DNA from: an uncultured Armatimonadetes bacterium
GTDB taxonomy: Bacteria; Armatimonadota; Hebobacteria; Hebobacterales; Hebobacteraceae
NCBI GenBank assembly: GCA_963716175.1
Contig: OY970296.1
Coordinates: 1,184,001-1,248,000, forward strand
Length of the DNA: 64,000 bases
Reading direction: 5' to 3'
In this document: positions 20,431-30,267 of the stretch, in pieces
Layout of the letters: each line of letters opens with the position of its first letter
How positions within the stretch are numbered: the first letter of the stretch is position 1
Translations under genes and position numbers: made by a program
The notes under the pieces: generated by a model
What the model saw: only the letters and a program-made list of their open reading frames with translations
Told to the model about the DNA's origin: nothing
The model's database searches: none

Positions 20431-21438
20431 TTAGAAGTACGGCATCATGCACAGGCCGACGGGACCCAGAATCGCCGGGTTCGGGTTCTTCCGGCCCTCG
20501 GGGATGAACCAGCGCTCGTCCACGCTCCCGCTCAGCACCGCCTCGCTAGGCATCCAGGCGGCGTGGCCATCGGCGAAGCCGAGGTTGGTGCCGCCCATGT
20601 GGCGAGCGTAGGGCTTGCGGGCGTTGGCGTCAGTGCCGAACTTGGGATCGCCGGCGCCACACTGCTGGGTCCAGGAGCAGTTCTCCCATTGCACGTCGCT
20701 CAGGCATCCGTACTCTTCGTTAGGAGCGGCGCAGCCCAGCTTGCACCAGTCCCCGTAGGCGATGATGAACATGCTCCAGGTGTCGGTGTGCGCGACCTCG
20801 CACACCGTCAGCCACCGCGCCGGGTCCTCAACCTGGGAGGTCTTCAGGTCCAGGTTGTCATTGAGTCCGTTCAGCCCGCGCTCGAACTGGCCGGTGCCGC
20901 CACAGGTCTGCTGGGCGAAGCTGTCGGTGACGGTGCCAGCCCAGCCGGGCGGGTAAGGCGAGCCGCACTGCATGAAGGGCGAGCAGGCGCCATTCGCGTT
21001 GTAGAGTTCCTGCGTGCGTGTGAACCAGTCGCCGCCCATCGGGTCGAGGGTGGTGACATCGTCCACCACCCGGGCGGAGGGGCACCGCCAGACGTCCCGG
21101 TTCTTGGTGTACTCATCCAGGAGCACCGGCCACTTCAGGTAAGGGTTATTCTTGAAAGCGGCCTCCCTGACGCAGCTACCCACAGTGTCCTCCCCGGAAA
21201 CCCCCATGTAGAAGTTCAGGACGTCCTGCCGGTGCTCGGTGGGCGGGAACCGGTCGTAGTCCGTCAGGTACATCTGCACCGCGAGCGCGATGTTCTTCAC
21301 ATTCGACAGACACTGAATCTTCCGGGCCGACTCACGCGCCCGGGCGAACACGGGGAACAGCATCGCGGCGAGGATCGCAATGATCGCGATCACCACCAGC
21401 AACTCGATCAACGTGAAACCGTGCTTACGTCGAGCCAT
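20431..21438 (-). CDS. Prepilin-type DUF1559/H-X9-DG protein, copy 2
   Basis: Near-identical to 18149-19159. RBS AAGGAGG precedes [14 protein letters not shown]. Confidence 0.92.
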   Translation of the reverse strand: MARRKHGFTLIELLVVIAIIAILAAMLFPVFARARESARKIQCLSNVKNIALAVQMYLTDYDRFPPTEHRQDVLNFYMGVSGEDTVGSCVREAAFKNNPYLKWPVLLDEYTKNRDVWRCPSARVVDDVTTLDPMGGDWFTRTQELYNANGACSPFMQCGSPYPPGWAGTVTDSFAQQTCGGTGQFERGLNGLNDNLDLKTSQVEDPARWLTVCEVAHTDTWSMFIIAYGDWCKLGCAAPNEEYGCLSDVQWENCSWTQQCGAGDPKFGTDANARKPYARHMGGTNLGFADGHAAWMPSEAVLSGSVDERWFIPEGRKNPNPAILGPVGLCMMPYF

Positions 21439-21808
21439 GACAGCGTTTGCCTCCTTGCTCTGTGGGTTCCTTGACACGGCACTACCTCATGCAGACGCGG
21501 CGACCAACTCTGTGTCTATCACCTCCCGGGGACCAAGATTGCCAAGTGCATTCAACGCCAGCCCGCTCCGACCTGCCAAGCCAGAGCTTGTTCTGCCGTC
21601 CAAATCGGGCAGCAGAACCAATCGCTCTCAGTATACCCAGGCCGGGACCGGCGAACCTGGGCGCTGCTCTCTCGTAGCTTGGCTGCTTCGGGCTGGCTGG
21701 AGAGAACGGCTGAGCGGCTAGCAGATCCGGGTGGCGACAGGGGGGGGCCGCGAGCAATCCCGGCCCATGACACCTGGGAGGTGCGCACTGTCGGTGCGGA
21801 TGCTATCT

Positions 21809-21849
21809 GTGTACCATTTTATGGTACACTTGTGCCAAGATTTGGCACA
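21809..21849 (+). promoter_or_regulatory. Tandem palindromic operators upstream of the MNT-HEPN pair
   Basis: GTGTACCAT-TTT-ATGGTACAC (21809-21829) and TGTGCCAA-GAT-TTGGCACA (21831-21849). They overlap TGGTACACT, an extended -10. Confidence 0.65.
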
Positions 21850-21860
21850 GGGGAACGCCG

Positions 21861-22439
21861 TTGATCAACAGCCTGATGCCGCCCGGACGGGTGCGAGTGC
21901 TGCGAGAGCTGCTGCTTCACCCGGATCGGGAGCTTTACCTGCGAGAGCTGGCGGTGCGAGCAGGGGTATCGCTCAGCTCGGCGCAGCGTGAGGTGCGGCG
22001 GCTCACCGAGGCCGGGATCCTGGCACGGGTGAAGCCGGGCCGCCAGCCGTTCTACCGCGCCAACACGCGGTCGCCTCTCTACCCGGAGCTGCATGCGATG
22101 CTGCTGAAGACGGTGGGGCTGGGCGAAGCGCTGCGAGAGGCACTGGCCCAGAGGGGCATACAGTTGGCCCTCATCTATGGGTCACTTGCGGTTGGGCAAG
22201 AGCGGGCCGACAGCGATGTGGATCTGCTGGTGGTAGGAACGGTGCGCCCGCGGGCACTATCCGACCTGCTGGCCCGGGCGGAGCGGGCCATCGGACGGGA
22301 GATCAACAGCATGGTGCTGACCCCGAGGGAGTTCGCCGAGCGCGTGAAGAGAAGGGATCACTTCCTGTCCAGCGTGCTGGCCGGCCCCAAGCTATTTGTG
22401 ATTGGCGACGAGGATGAGGCTGCCCGACTGGCTGCGTAG
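21861..22439 (+). CDS. wHTH plus minimal nucleotidyltransferase (MNT) antitoxin
   Basis: N-terminal LYLRELA...SAQREV wHTH. YGSLAVGQERADSDVDLLV matches GSx10DxD. Confidence 0.88.
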   Translation: MINSLMPPGRVRVLRELLLHPDRELYLRELAVRAGVSLSSAQREVRRLTEAGILARVKPGRQPFYRANTRSPLYPELHAMLLKTVGLGEALREALAQRGIQLALIYGSLAVGQERADSDVDLLVVGTVRPRALSDLLARAERAIGREINSMVLTPREFAERVKRRDHFLSSVLAGPKLFVIGDEDEAARLAA

Positions 22440-22881
22440 CGGGGATCTGCAGCGGCAGCCCGCGACCAGGGAGGAGATCGAGAGACTCTTCGGGATCGCG
22501 GCGCGCGACCTGGGCGACTGCGAGGTGGCAGGGGTCTCGCGGGACCGGCAGTTCGCCATCGCGTACGAAGCGGCGCTCACGCTGGCTATGGTCGTGCTGC
22601 GGGCCGCGGATTACCGCCTCCGGGGGAGTTCGGCCGGGCATCACTGGCTCACCTTTGCGCTGCTGCCCGAAATCATGGGACCGCAGGCCGAGGCGCGGTC
22701 CCGCTACTATCAGGCTTGCCGCCGGAAGCGCCATCAGGCGACCTACGAGCGGACCGGGGTGACCAGCGAGGCAGAGCTGGCGGAGCTGGTGTCAGATGTC
22801 CAGGCATTCCGCCGCGAGCTGATTGCCTGGCTGCGGGCCAGGCACCCGGAGGTGCTGCCTCATCAGGCCGACCAGTCCTGA
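22414..22881 (+). CDS. HEPN-domain protein, probable toxin
   Basis: Overlaps the MNT gene. AYEAAL, GHH and RRKRHQATYE motifs. Confidence 0.75.
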   Translation: MRLPDWLRSGDLQRQPATREEIERLFGIAARDLGDCEVAGVSRDRQFAIAYEAALTLAMVVLRAADYRLRGSSAGHHWLTFALLPEIMGPQAEARSRYYQACRRKRHQATYERTGVTSEAELAELVSDVQAFRRELIAWLRARHPEVLPHQADQS

Positions 22882-22946
22882 TCGCGCTCTTTCCCGGGGC
22901 CGGCGGTTCACGCGCACAGACCTGTCGAAGATAGGAGCAGACAGCG

Positions 22947-23882
22947 ATGGGGATGCCATCAGGTGCCACGGGCGGGCCCGTGCTGACGGTAGGTTCAGTG
23001 GCGCTGGACAGTGTGCGCACGCCATTCGGGGAGATCGAGGAGGCGCTGGGTGGGGCGGCCAGCTATGCCTCGGTGGCGGCCAGCTTCTTCTGCCCGGCAC
23101 GCATGGTGGCCGTGGTGGGCGAGGACTTCCCGGAGGAGCACGTGGCCAAGTTCGCCGGCAGGGGCATTGACCTGGGCGGCCTGCGGCGAGCGCCGGGGGA
23201 GACTTTTCGCTGGCGCGGCTACTATGACTACGCGCTCAACCAGGCGCACACCGTCGTCACCGAGCTGAACGTGTTCGAGGGATTCCGGCCCGAGCTGCCG
23301 GAGAGTTACCGCCAATCTCCCTACGTGTTCTTGGCCAACATTGACCCCGCGCTTCAGCTCTCGGTGCTGGACCAGGTGCGTCGGCCCAAGCTGGTAGCGT
23401 GCGACACCATGAACTACTGGATCGAGCACTCCCCGGAGAAGGTGCTGGAGGTGCTGGCGCGGTGCGACATCGCGCTGTTGAACGAAGCCGAGGCGAGGGA
23501 GCTGTGCGGGGTGCCGAACCTGCTGGCGGCGGCGCGGCAGGTGTTGAACTACGGCCCGGGCGTGGTGATCATCAAGAAGGGCGAGCACGGGTCATTGATG
23601 CTGTCGCAGGATTCCTACTTCACCGCTCCCGGTTATCCCCTGGAGGAGGTGCGCGATCCCACCGGCGCGGGCGACAGCTTCGCAGGCGGGCTCATGGGCT
23701 ATCTCGCCCGCTGCGGAGAGCGCGACGATGGGGCACTGCGGCGGGCGATCATCTGCGGCACGGTGATGGCCTCCTTCGCGGTCGAGGATTTCTCCCTGGA
23801 CCGGCTGCTGCGGCTCAGCATGGAGGAGATCGCGGAACGCTACCACGAGATCATCGCCATGACCCGGTTCGGGAATCTGTGA
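22947..23882 (+). CDS. PfkB-family carbohydrate/nucleoside kinase
   Basis: GSVALD, LGGAA, DTMNYWI and DPTGAGDSFAGG. Confidence 0.92.
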   Translation: MGMPSGATGGPVLTVGSVALDSVRTPFGEIEEALGGAASYASVAASFFCPARMVAVVGEDFPEEHVAKFAGRGIDLGGLRRAPGETFRWRGYYDYALNQAHTVVTELNVFEGFRPELPESYRQSPYVFLANIDPALQLSVLDQVRRPKLVACDTMNYWIEHSPEKVLEVLARCDIALLNEAEARELCGVPNLLAAARQVLNYGPGVVIIKKGEHGSLMLSQDSYFTAPGYPLEEVRDPTGAGDSFAGGLMGYLARCGERDDGALRRAIICGTVMASFAVEDFSLDRLLRLSMEEIAERYHEIIAMTRFGNL

Positions 23883-23963
23883 GCTGCGGGTGCGCGGCTG
23901 AAACCAGGGCCGACCCTCCTACGTATCTGGGGATAGGGGACTTGTGGCCCCGGGAGGTGCGAG

Positions 23964-24731
23964 ATGCGAGCAGGGCTAGTGATCTCGGTGCTGGTAGTGT
24001 TGGGCCTGGCGTATGGCCTGGTGCTGGCCTACCAGCACGGAGTCCGGCGCACGCGAGCATACGTGCAAGAGAAGATGGTGGGAATGGGAATGCCAGCAAC
24101 AGAAACGGCTCGCGCCAGCAGCAGTTTCGACCTCGGGGGCGCCACCGCGCTCACCATCGAGAATGACTTCGGGTCGGTGGAGGTGAAGCCCGGGGGCCCG
24201 CAAGCGCTGGTGGAGCGAGTGGTCTACGCCGGCGGCCAGGATGACGCGGCGCGGGCTCGCGCGGCGAAGTTCACGGTCTCAGGGGCGCGGGGACCTGAGG
24301 GCGGATACACCATCAAGGTCAGCGGCAGCCAGCAGCGCCCCCGGGTGCGAGTGGATCTGATCGCGCAGGCGCCCCCTGGCCTTGCCCTGCAGCTGAAGCT
24401 GCGAGCTGGCAATGGTGAGGTTGCCGATCACACGGGCCCGGTCAGCATCTCCTGCGAGTCGGGAAACGTCGCCGTCTCACTCGCCGGCAGATTCTCAGGT
24501 CGCCTGCGCGCCGAGACGCAGAGCGGCAACATCGGCCTCAAGCTGCCGGCCGACGCCAACTGCCGCATCGAGGCCAGCGCGGGGTCGGGCGGGGTGTCGA
24601 ACAGCCTACCCCTCCGCGACCTCTCCTCTGCCCATGGTCACCTCACCGGGAGGCTGGGAGCCGGCCTGGGTCAGATCGAACTCAGAACCGGCAGCGGCAA
24701 CATCACCCTGGAGCCGGCCTCCTCTGGTTAG
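23964..24731 (+). CDS. Membrane-anchored DUF4097 beta-strand repeat protein
   Basis: N-terminal TM helix. Repeated T.SGNI/SG.V motifs. Confidence 0.75.
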   Translation: MRAGLVISVLVVLGLAYGLVLAYQHGVRRTRAYVQEKMVGMGMPATETARASSSFDLGGATALTIENDFGSVEVKPGGPQALVERVVYAGGQDDAARARAAKFTVSGARGPEGGYTIKVSGSQQRPRVRVDLIAQAPPGLALQLKLRAGNGEVADHTGPVSISCESGNVAVSLAGRFSGRLRAETQSGNIGLKLPADANCRIEASAGSGGVSNSLPLRDLSSAHGHLTGRLGAGLGQIELRTGSGNITLEPASSG

Positions 24732-24743
24732 GGCCCGATTGCC

Positions 24744-27700
24744 TCAGGGCAACGTCTTCAGCCCAGACAGGGCCTCGGCCAGGTCGCGGGCCCGGGCAGC
24801 CTCGGTGAAGCTGATGAAGAAGACGGACTCGCGCGTCTCCCAGGCCTCGTGGTTCACGCGCTGGCGCGCCCCGAAGAAGTAGCCGTCCGTTCCGAAGACC
24901 ACGCTCTCGGTGTTGGCATGCGGCCTGTGGCAGGCGAGCACGACGGCCTCTCCGGCCTTCGGGTTCTCCGCAATCGCCCAGCGGTCGGCCCTCATCCAGG
25001 CCCCGAACTCGCAGCGGAGGCGGGAGGCGCGCGCGTCGGCCGCGCTGCTGAGCACCGCATCCAGATGGCTGCCGCCGACCACCGGCCAGAGGTTGAAGCC
25101 GGCATCGATCCAGCCTGCGGTGCCCGTGCGGCGGGTGGCGCGAACCACCACCGCGAGAGTGCTGCTGCCGGGCGCGAGCAGATACTCGAGCACCAGCTTC
25201 TCGTTCCTGGCACGCTCCAGCTTGGGCGAGCAGGACACGCGAACCCCCTGCCAGATGACGCCCTGGCTGCCGCGCCGTCTGATCGTGCGGGGGATGAACT
25301 TCTCTTTCGCCAGGTCATCGCCTGCGGCGCCGAGGTTGGGCTCGATGCCGCCGTACCAAGGGTTCTGCCAGCCCAGGGGACGAGGCTTGGGGTAGGCCGA
25401 GCGCAGATGCTCCTCGCCGCCGCGCTGGAGCGAGATGGCACCGCCCTGGAACTGGGGCGCCACGGTGAGGGAGAGCACGCCGTTCTCGATGCGGTACAGC
25501 TCATCGCGCTCGCCAGCGCGGCTGACGCTGACTTCCGCCTCCGGGTCGCCCAGGACGATCACTGGACTGCGCTCGCGGTAGAGGGCGCGATCCAGCTCGG
25601 TGACGCAGTCAACGTAGTAGCCGCCCTCGGGCAAAGAGGCCCGCCGGCTGACGATGGCGGTCTTGGCGACGCCATGTTCTTCGTTGACGCGCTTGAACTC
25701 CAGGCGCTTCGGGCTGATGCCAATGCCATCGGGAGGGCGCAGGCGCAGCCTGCCGGTGAACTCGAGCTTGCCGACGGAGTTCACCACCAGCCTAGCGCGG
25801 GATTGCCTGCCGTGGACTACCAGTGGACTGGGCCGCAAGCCGAAGTCGAGCGCGGGGCGGGTGTCAGGCCGGGCCACCTCACGGTAGAGGCGAGGCCCGC
25901 AGAGGTTCTGCCACCAGCGGCGCACGGTGAGAAAGTCACCATCGCCGAGGAACAGGTAGAAGGGGGCGGCGGCGGCCGAGCCCCCCGGTTCGGCCGGAGG
26001 CAATAGATGGTCCACCTCGTTCCAGCCGCCGGTCTGGTGAACGCGGTGGGCCGGTTCCCACAGCAGGCCGGCCGCGCAGCCAGAGTCATCCTCCACTGCC
26101 ACCCAGGTTTCCGGCCAGCCGGCCTGCTCCTTGTTGAGCTGGTGCTCGCTGGCGGCGCGACCGGCTCCCCCCTGGAGGCCGCGCACCAGGCCCTGCGCGG
26201 TCATGACGGTCACCCAGTTGCCGCGGAGACTGGCGTACCGCTTGAGCTGGCCCTGGAAGCGGGAGGGAGAGCCGTTCAGGATGCTGTCCACGATCTCCAC
26301 CACGGGCAGGTTGGAGAGCGTGATCCGGCGCTCCAGCCAAAGGCCGGGGTGGAAGACAGACGGGGTGGTGAGGACCGCGGTGGTGCGGTCGCCTCGGCGC
26401 TCGATGCGCGCCTCGCAGGGGTTCTCGAAGAACTCGTCCCAGGCGAACGGAAGGCCGAGCTGAGGTGGCGCCACCCCGGCCGCCTGCCACAGGTTGTGGA
26501 CTTTGTCGCCGATGCTGCACCAGCCGCCCCGGCGGTTGACGAACACCTGCAGCGCGGCCGACTGCAAGATCACGTGGTCCTTCTCGACGTGCCCGATGAC
26601 CTCCCCGGGCCGGCCGAAGTGCAGGTAGAGGTCGCCCACCTTCGGCCGCCAGGTCCTGCCCTTGGCCGTCACCTCGCACTCGGCTTTCAGCGGCGCCACC
26701 CCCGACTCGGTGGCCGTCAGGGTCACCGGCATCTCAGCCGATCCCTTGCCTGGCAGGTCGAGGGTCTGGCTGGCGGGCTCGATCTTGATCCCCCCGGCCC
26801 CCCGCAAGCGCACCTTCGCCTTCACCGGACCATCCAGGCCGCTCCACCCCTGCACTAGCACCCTCTCCGGCCGGCCCGGCCGGAGCAGGTGGCCCACCCC
26901 GTCCAGGCCGAAGCTGACCGCTTGCTTGGCCTCAAAGCCGGCCTCCAGCCTGATCGGGGTTCCGTCCAAGATGATGTCAGTGCGGACGATGGGGGCCCGA
27001 GGCTCCCGCTCTTTCTCCCGGATCTCGGGGTCAACCTCGAACTGGGCTGACAGCTCGGCGTGATCCTGGACCGTGAGGATCTGCTTGTGGTCCAGCTTGA
27101 TGCCTTCGTCCGCCGAGGCCACCAGCGCGATCTCCACCGGGCGAGAGCCGTGATTCACGATCCGCCAGCGGATGCGCTGGGGCAGGCCCGCGACCAGCTT
27201 CTCATCCTCCAGCGAGCAGCCCACGAGGAACTGGCTGGTCTCGATCTCCAACAGCCCCCAGGACTGGCGGTCGTACACCATGCGGAGGCGATCGCCTGCC
27301 TCCTCCCACTCGTAGCGGTAGACCTTCACCTTGCCCCGCTTATGATCATCCGCGGTGAGAGAGAGATCGCGCTTCATCGTCCCATACCAGTCGTGCTTGC
27401 GGAAGAACTCCTGGGCCACCGGATGGCGGCGCGCGCCGGGGGTGAAGTTCTGCATCAGCACGCCCCAGGCGTGGTCGGGCGACCACATGAACCCGGATTT
27501 CTTATACAGTGGCACGGCCTTCAGATTGCCGGGCCAGGTGTGGAGGTCCACCCGAGCGATGCCCAACTCGTAGACGCGCTCGACCGCGCGCAGGAGCACG
27601 GCCTTGCCGAAGCCCTGGCCTTGGTAGTCGGGGTGCCCATTCAGGAAGGGGACGTAGGCGCGGTTGCGCTCGCCTGGCTTGGCGCTGACATCGCAGAAGG

Positions 27701-27905
27701 CGACGATCCGGTCCCCCACCTCGGCCACGAACGCGCCCAGTCGGCGCTGCTCGCGGAAGTAGGCCTGGGCCTCCTCGGGAGTCTGCGGGTCCCAGCCTCC
27801 GCCGGGCCAGCCCCGCCCGGACTCGTTCATGAAGCGGGCCAGCTTCGCCCCGTCACCTCGCCGCCAGTCAGTGACCAGATCTCGGGTCTTGATCCGCGCT
27901 GCCAT
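24744..27905 (-). CDS. Large (~1050 aa) protein with N-terminal GNAT acetyltransferase domain
   Basis: HPDYQGQGFGK and TWPGNLKAVPLYKKSGF GNAT motifs. RBS AAGGAG before MAARIK. Confidence 0.85.
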   Translation of the reverse strand: MAARIKTRDLVTDWRRGDGAKLARFMNESGRGWPGGGWDPQTPEEAQAYFREQRRLGAFVAEVGDRIVAFCDVSAKPGERNRAYVPFLNGHPDYQGQGFGKAVLLRAVERVYELGIARVDLHTWPGNLKAVPLYKKSGFMWSPDHAWGVLMQNFTPGARRHPVAQEFFRKHDWYGTMKRDLSLTADDHKRGKVKVYRYEWEEAGDRLRMVYDRQSWGLLEIETSQFLVGCSLEDEKLVAGLPQRIRWRIVNHGSRPVEIALVASADEGIKLDHKQILTVQDHAELSAQFEVDPEIREKEREPRAPIVRTDIILDGTPIRLEAGFEAKQAVSFGLDGVGHLLRPGRPERVLVQGWSGLDGPVKAKVRLRGAGGIKIEPASQTLDLPGKGSAEMPVTLTATESGVAPLKAECEVTAKGRTWRPKVGDLYLHFGRPGEVIGHVEKDHVILQSAALQVFVNRRGGWCSIGDKVHNLWQAAGVAPPQLGLPFAWDEFFENPCEARIERRGDRTTAVLTTPSVFHPGLWLERRITLSNLPVVEIVDSILNGSPSRFQGQLKRYASLRGNWVTVMTAQGLVRGLQGGAGRAASEHQLNKEQAGWPETWVAVEDDSGCAAGLLWEPAHRVHQTGGWNEVDHLLPPAEPGGSAAAAPFYLFLGDGDFLTVRRWWQNLCGPRLYREVARPDTRPALDFGLRPSPLVVHGRQSRARLVVNSVGKLEFTGRLRLRPPDGIGISPKRLEFKRVNEEHGVAKTAIVSRRASLPEGGYYVDCVTELDRALYRERSPVIVLGDPEAEVSVSRAGERDELYRIENGVLSLTVAPQFQGGAISLQRGGEEHLRSAYPKPRPLGWQNPWYGGIEPNLGAAGDDLAKEKFIPRTIRRRGSQGVIWQGVRVSCSPKLERARNEKLVLEYLLAPGSSTLAVVVRATRRTGTAGWIDAGFNLWPVVGGSHLDAVLSSAADARASRLRCEFGAWMRADRWAIAENPKAGEAVVLACHRPHANTESVVFGTDGYFFGARQRVNHEAWETRESVFFISFTEAARARDLAEALSGLKTLP

Positions 27906-27957
27906 GATGGTCTCTCCTTCGTTTCGAGCGTGGGCCCCGGCAGGCCCACCCGCGATC

Positions 27958-27995
27958 ACAAAAAAGAAAACCGCGGGCAGTTCAGTCGCCCACGG
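27958..27995 (-). terminator. Intrinsic terminator in the 5' leader of the GNAT gene (attenuator)
   Basis: CCGTGGGC-GACTGAACT-GCCCGCGG followed by TTTTCTTTTTT. Confidence 0.75.
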
Positions 27996-28027
27996 CTCCG
28001 GTGATCATCTGCCAATCAAGGGGTGGG

Positions 28028-28090
28028 TCAGACGCGCCGCTCCCCGGAGGGTGGGCTCTTGCTATTGCGCGATGGCAATACTGTGCTCAT
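28028..28090 (-). CDS. Putative 20-aa leader peptide (MSTVLPSRNSKSPPSGERRV)
   Basis: AGGAG before the ATG. Lies between a promoter and the terminator. Confidence 0.55.
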   Translation of the reverse strand: MSTVLPSRNSKSPPSGERRV

Positions 28091-28131
28091 GTGGGCCTGC
28101 TCCTGGGGATGCAGCACTGGGAAGCAGGAGG

Positions 28132-28160
28132 ATGGTAACAGAAGGCCGGGGCGCCGTCAA
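28132..28160 (-). promoter_or_regulatory. Sigma70-type promoter of the GNAT leader
   Basis: TTGACG-17 nt-TACCAT with extended TG. Confidence 0.65.
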
Positions 28161-28215
28161 GGGGAGCAAGTGCAACGTAGGCTCTGACGGCCGGGGTGCA
28201 TCTCGGAGAGGCTCG

Positions 28216-29178
28216 TTAGCTTCCCACCAGCGTGTACCTCACCCACGCCTCCGTCTTCTCGCCAGGCGCGACGACAATGAGGCCCGCCATCTCGGCGAAG
28301 CCCTTTGGCTGGAGGTTCTGGGCGTCGGGGGCGCAGGTGAGGTTCTCCAGGCAGACGAAGGGACGGCCCTCGGGCGAGTAGCAGATCATGTGCTTCATGT
28401 TGGGTCCGGCCTCGATCTTCACCCTGATCCCTTCCCGCGGGAACGCCACCGCGGCCTCCGCCTCCGGCGGCCTGGGGTAGAACACATCATCAATGAATAG
28501 GTCGGCCAGGGAGCGGTAATCCCGCAGATCGTACGTGGTGCCGGCGACCGGGATCAGCTTGCCGGTGGGAAGCTGACTCACGTAATCATCGAGCTCCAGG
28601 CGATACTCGCAGGGCACCTTCACCAGCGCGTCGGCGCGGTCCGCCGGGATTTGCCAGAAGGGATGAATGCCGTAGCCGACGAGCGCGTTCGCCTGGCCCC
28701 GGTTCTCATAGCTGAAGGTGACCTCCAGCCCCCGCGGGATCAGATGGTAGCGAACGGCGACGCGGCCCGGGAAAGGGAAGCCTCCGTAGACCGGATGCCT
28801 GTCATCGAAGTCAAGCGTGGCGATCAGCTCGCGATCTGACTTCTGGATCGCGAACTCCTCATCCCGGATGAGCCCGTGGATGTGGATGGTCTCTCCCCGC
28901 TTGCGCTGGATGATCTCCCGGCCCTCGAAGGTGTAGCGGGACTGGCCGAGCCGGCAGGGGGAGGGGAACATGTGGAAGCAGCCGGTCATGTGGGGCTCGG
29001 CGGCGAGCAGGCGATCGGGGTCCCAGTGGATGAACTCGCGGCCGTCTACCTGGAATGAGATCAGGTTGGCGCCGAGCCGGGGCAGCACCGCGATGCGGGT
29101 GGTGTGGCCCTCGAGCGTGGTGGCGAGGGTTTCAGGCTGGAAATCGGCTTGCGTGAAGCTCCTCATTTCAGTCTCCAA
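28216..29178 (-). CDS. Aldose 1-epimerase family protein
   Basis: GANLISF, MFPSPCR, IHGL, GIHPFW, DDVF and FVCLEN motifs. Start is either TTG 29178 or ATG 29166. Confidence 0.85.
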   Translation of the reverse strand: METEMRSFTQADFQPETLATTLEGHTTRIAVLPRLGANLISFQVDGREFIHWDPDRLLAAEPHMTGCFHMFPSPCRLGQSRYTFEGREIIQRKRGETIHIHGLIRDEEFAIQKSDRELIATLDFDDRHPVYGGFPFPGRVAVRYHLIPRGLEVTFSYENRGQANALVGYGIHPFWQIPADRADALVKVPCEYRLELDDYVSQLPTGKLIPVAGTTYDLRDYRSLADLFIDDVFYPRPPEAEAAVAFPREGIRVKIEAGPNMKHMICYSPEGRPFVCLENLTCAPDAQNLQPKGFAEMAGLIVVAPGEKTEAWVRYTLVGS

Positions 29179-29214
29179 ACGAACGGCCCCACCCCTGCCT
29201 GCGGCAGGAGTAGG

Positions 29215-29985
29215 CTACTGGGTGGTCCAGCCGCCGTCAATGTAAAGCGCGCTCCCCGTCACAAACGAGCTGGCCTCGGAGGCCAGGAAAAGCGCGGCGC
29301 CCTTCAGCTCCGGCGGTTCGCCGAGCCGGCCCAAGGGGATCTGGCGCAGGAACTCGCGCAGGTAGGCGGGGTCGCTGAGAATGGGGCGGTTGATCTCGGT
29401 GCGGAAGGGCCCGGGGGCCAGGCAGTTGACGGTCACGCCATGGGGGGCAAGGTCGAGGGCCAGCGCCCGGGTCATCCCCAGCAAGCCGCCCTTGGAGGAG
29501 CAATAGGAGACGCGTTGGGGCAGCCCCACGGTGGCCAGCATGGACGCCACGTTGATGATGCGGCCCCAGCGCTGGGCCTTGAGGTACTCGGCGGCGGCGC
29601 GGCTGCACCGCATGGCGCCGGTCAGATTGGTGTCTATCACCGTCTCCCAGCTCTCGTCCTTGAGGTCGCCGATCGCCTCCCGAATGTTCACCCCGGCGTT
29701 GTTCACGAGGATGTGGAGGCCCCCCAGTTCGCTGAGGGTATTGGCCACCGCCGCCTCCACTGATTTCTGGTCGCGCACGTCGAGCGCGAAGCCGATGCAG
29801 CGGCGGCCGGTCTGCTGCGCGAGTTCGGCAGCGGAGCTGGCGGCGCGGCTCGCCTCCCGGCTGGTGAGCGCGACCGAGGCCCCGGCCTCGGCGTAGGCCT
29901 CGGCGATTACTCGGCCCAGGCCGCGGGCGCCGCCGGTGACCAACGCCACTCGCCCGTCGAGGCGGAAGAGATCGAGCACAGGCAT
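29215..29985 (-). CDS. SDR oxidoreductase (gluconate 5-dehydrogenase/KduD/UxuD-like)
   Basis: TGGARGLG, VNNAG, YCSSKGG and DGGWT. Confidence 0.9.
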   Translation of the reverse strand: MPVLDLFRLDGRVALVTGGARGLGRVIAEAYAEAGASVALTSREASRAASSAAELAQQTGRRCIGFALDVRDQKSVEAAVANTLSELGGLHILVNNAGVNIREAIGDLKDESWETVIDTNLTGAMRCSRAAAEYLKAQRWGRIINVASMLATVGLPQRVSYCSSKGGLLGMTRALALDLAPHGVTVNCLAPGPFRTEINRPILSDPAYLREFLRQIPLGRLGEPPELKGAALFLASEASSFVTGSALYIDGGWTTQ

Positions 29986-30267
29986 AGGATGCAGTTATCT
30001 CCCTTGGAATGCAGGTGATTCCGCTTCGACCCGTGCTAGTTGAGCCCCTGCCGCGGGCTGCGCGTCGCCCGGAGGACCGGGTGGCTAGGACTCGCCTGCG
30101 ACGAGGCCGCCACGGCGGCCGGCATGCAAACGGCGACATGCCCGTCCTACAGAACAGGTGGCAGGGGCAAGTCGCCCGAGGCGACTGAAGCCCCTGCCCA
30201 ACGAGTAGGTGCGAAGCCAGGGGATTACGCGCGTGAGACGAAGAGAAGGGCGCGGGGAGAGGTGGCG

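Noticed and set aside
18149-21438. Diversity-generating retroelement (template and variable repeat) explaining the pilin-like pair
   Set aside because: Mismatches are not adenine-specific (for example CAG/GCG and GGA/CAC), both copies are full genes, and there is no reverse transcriptase in the window.
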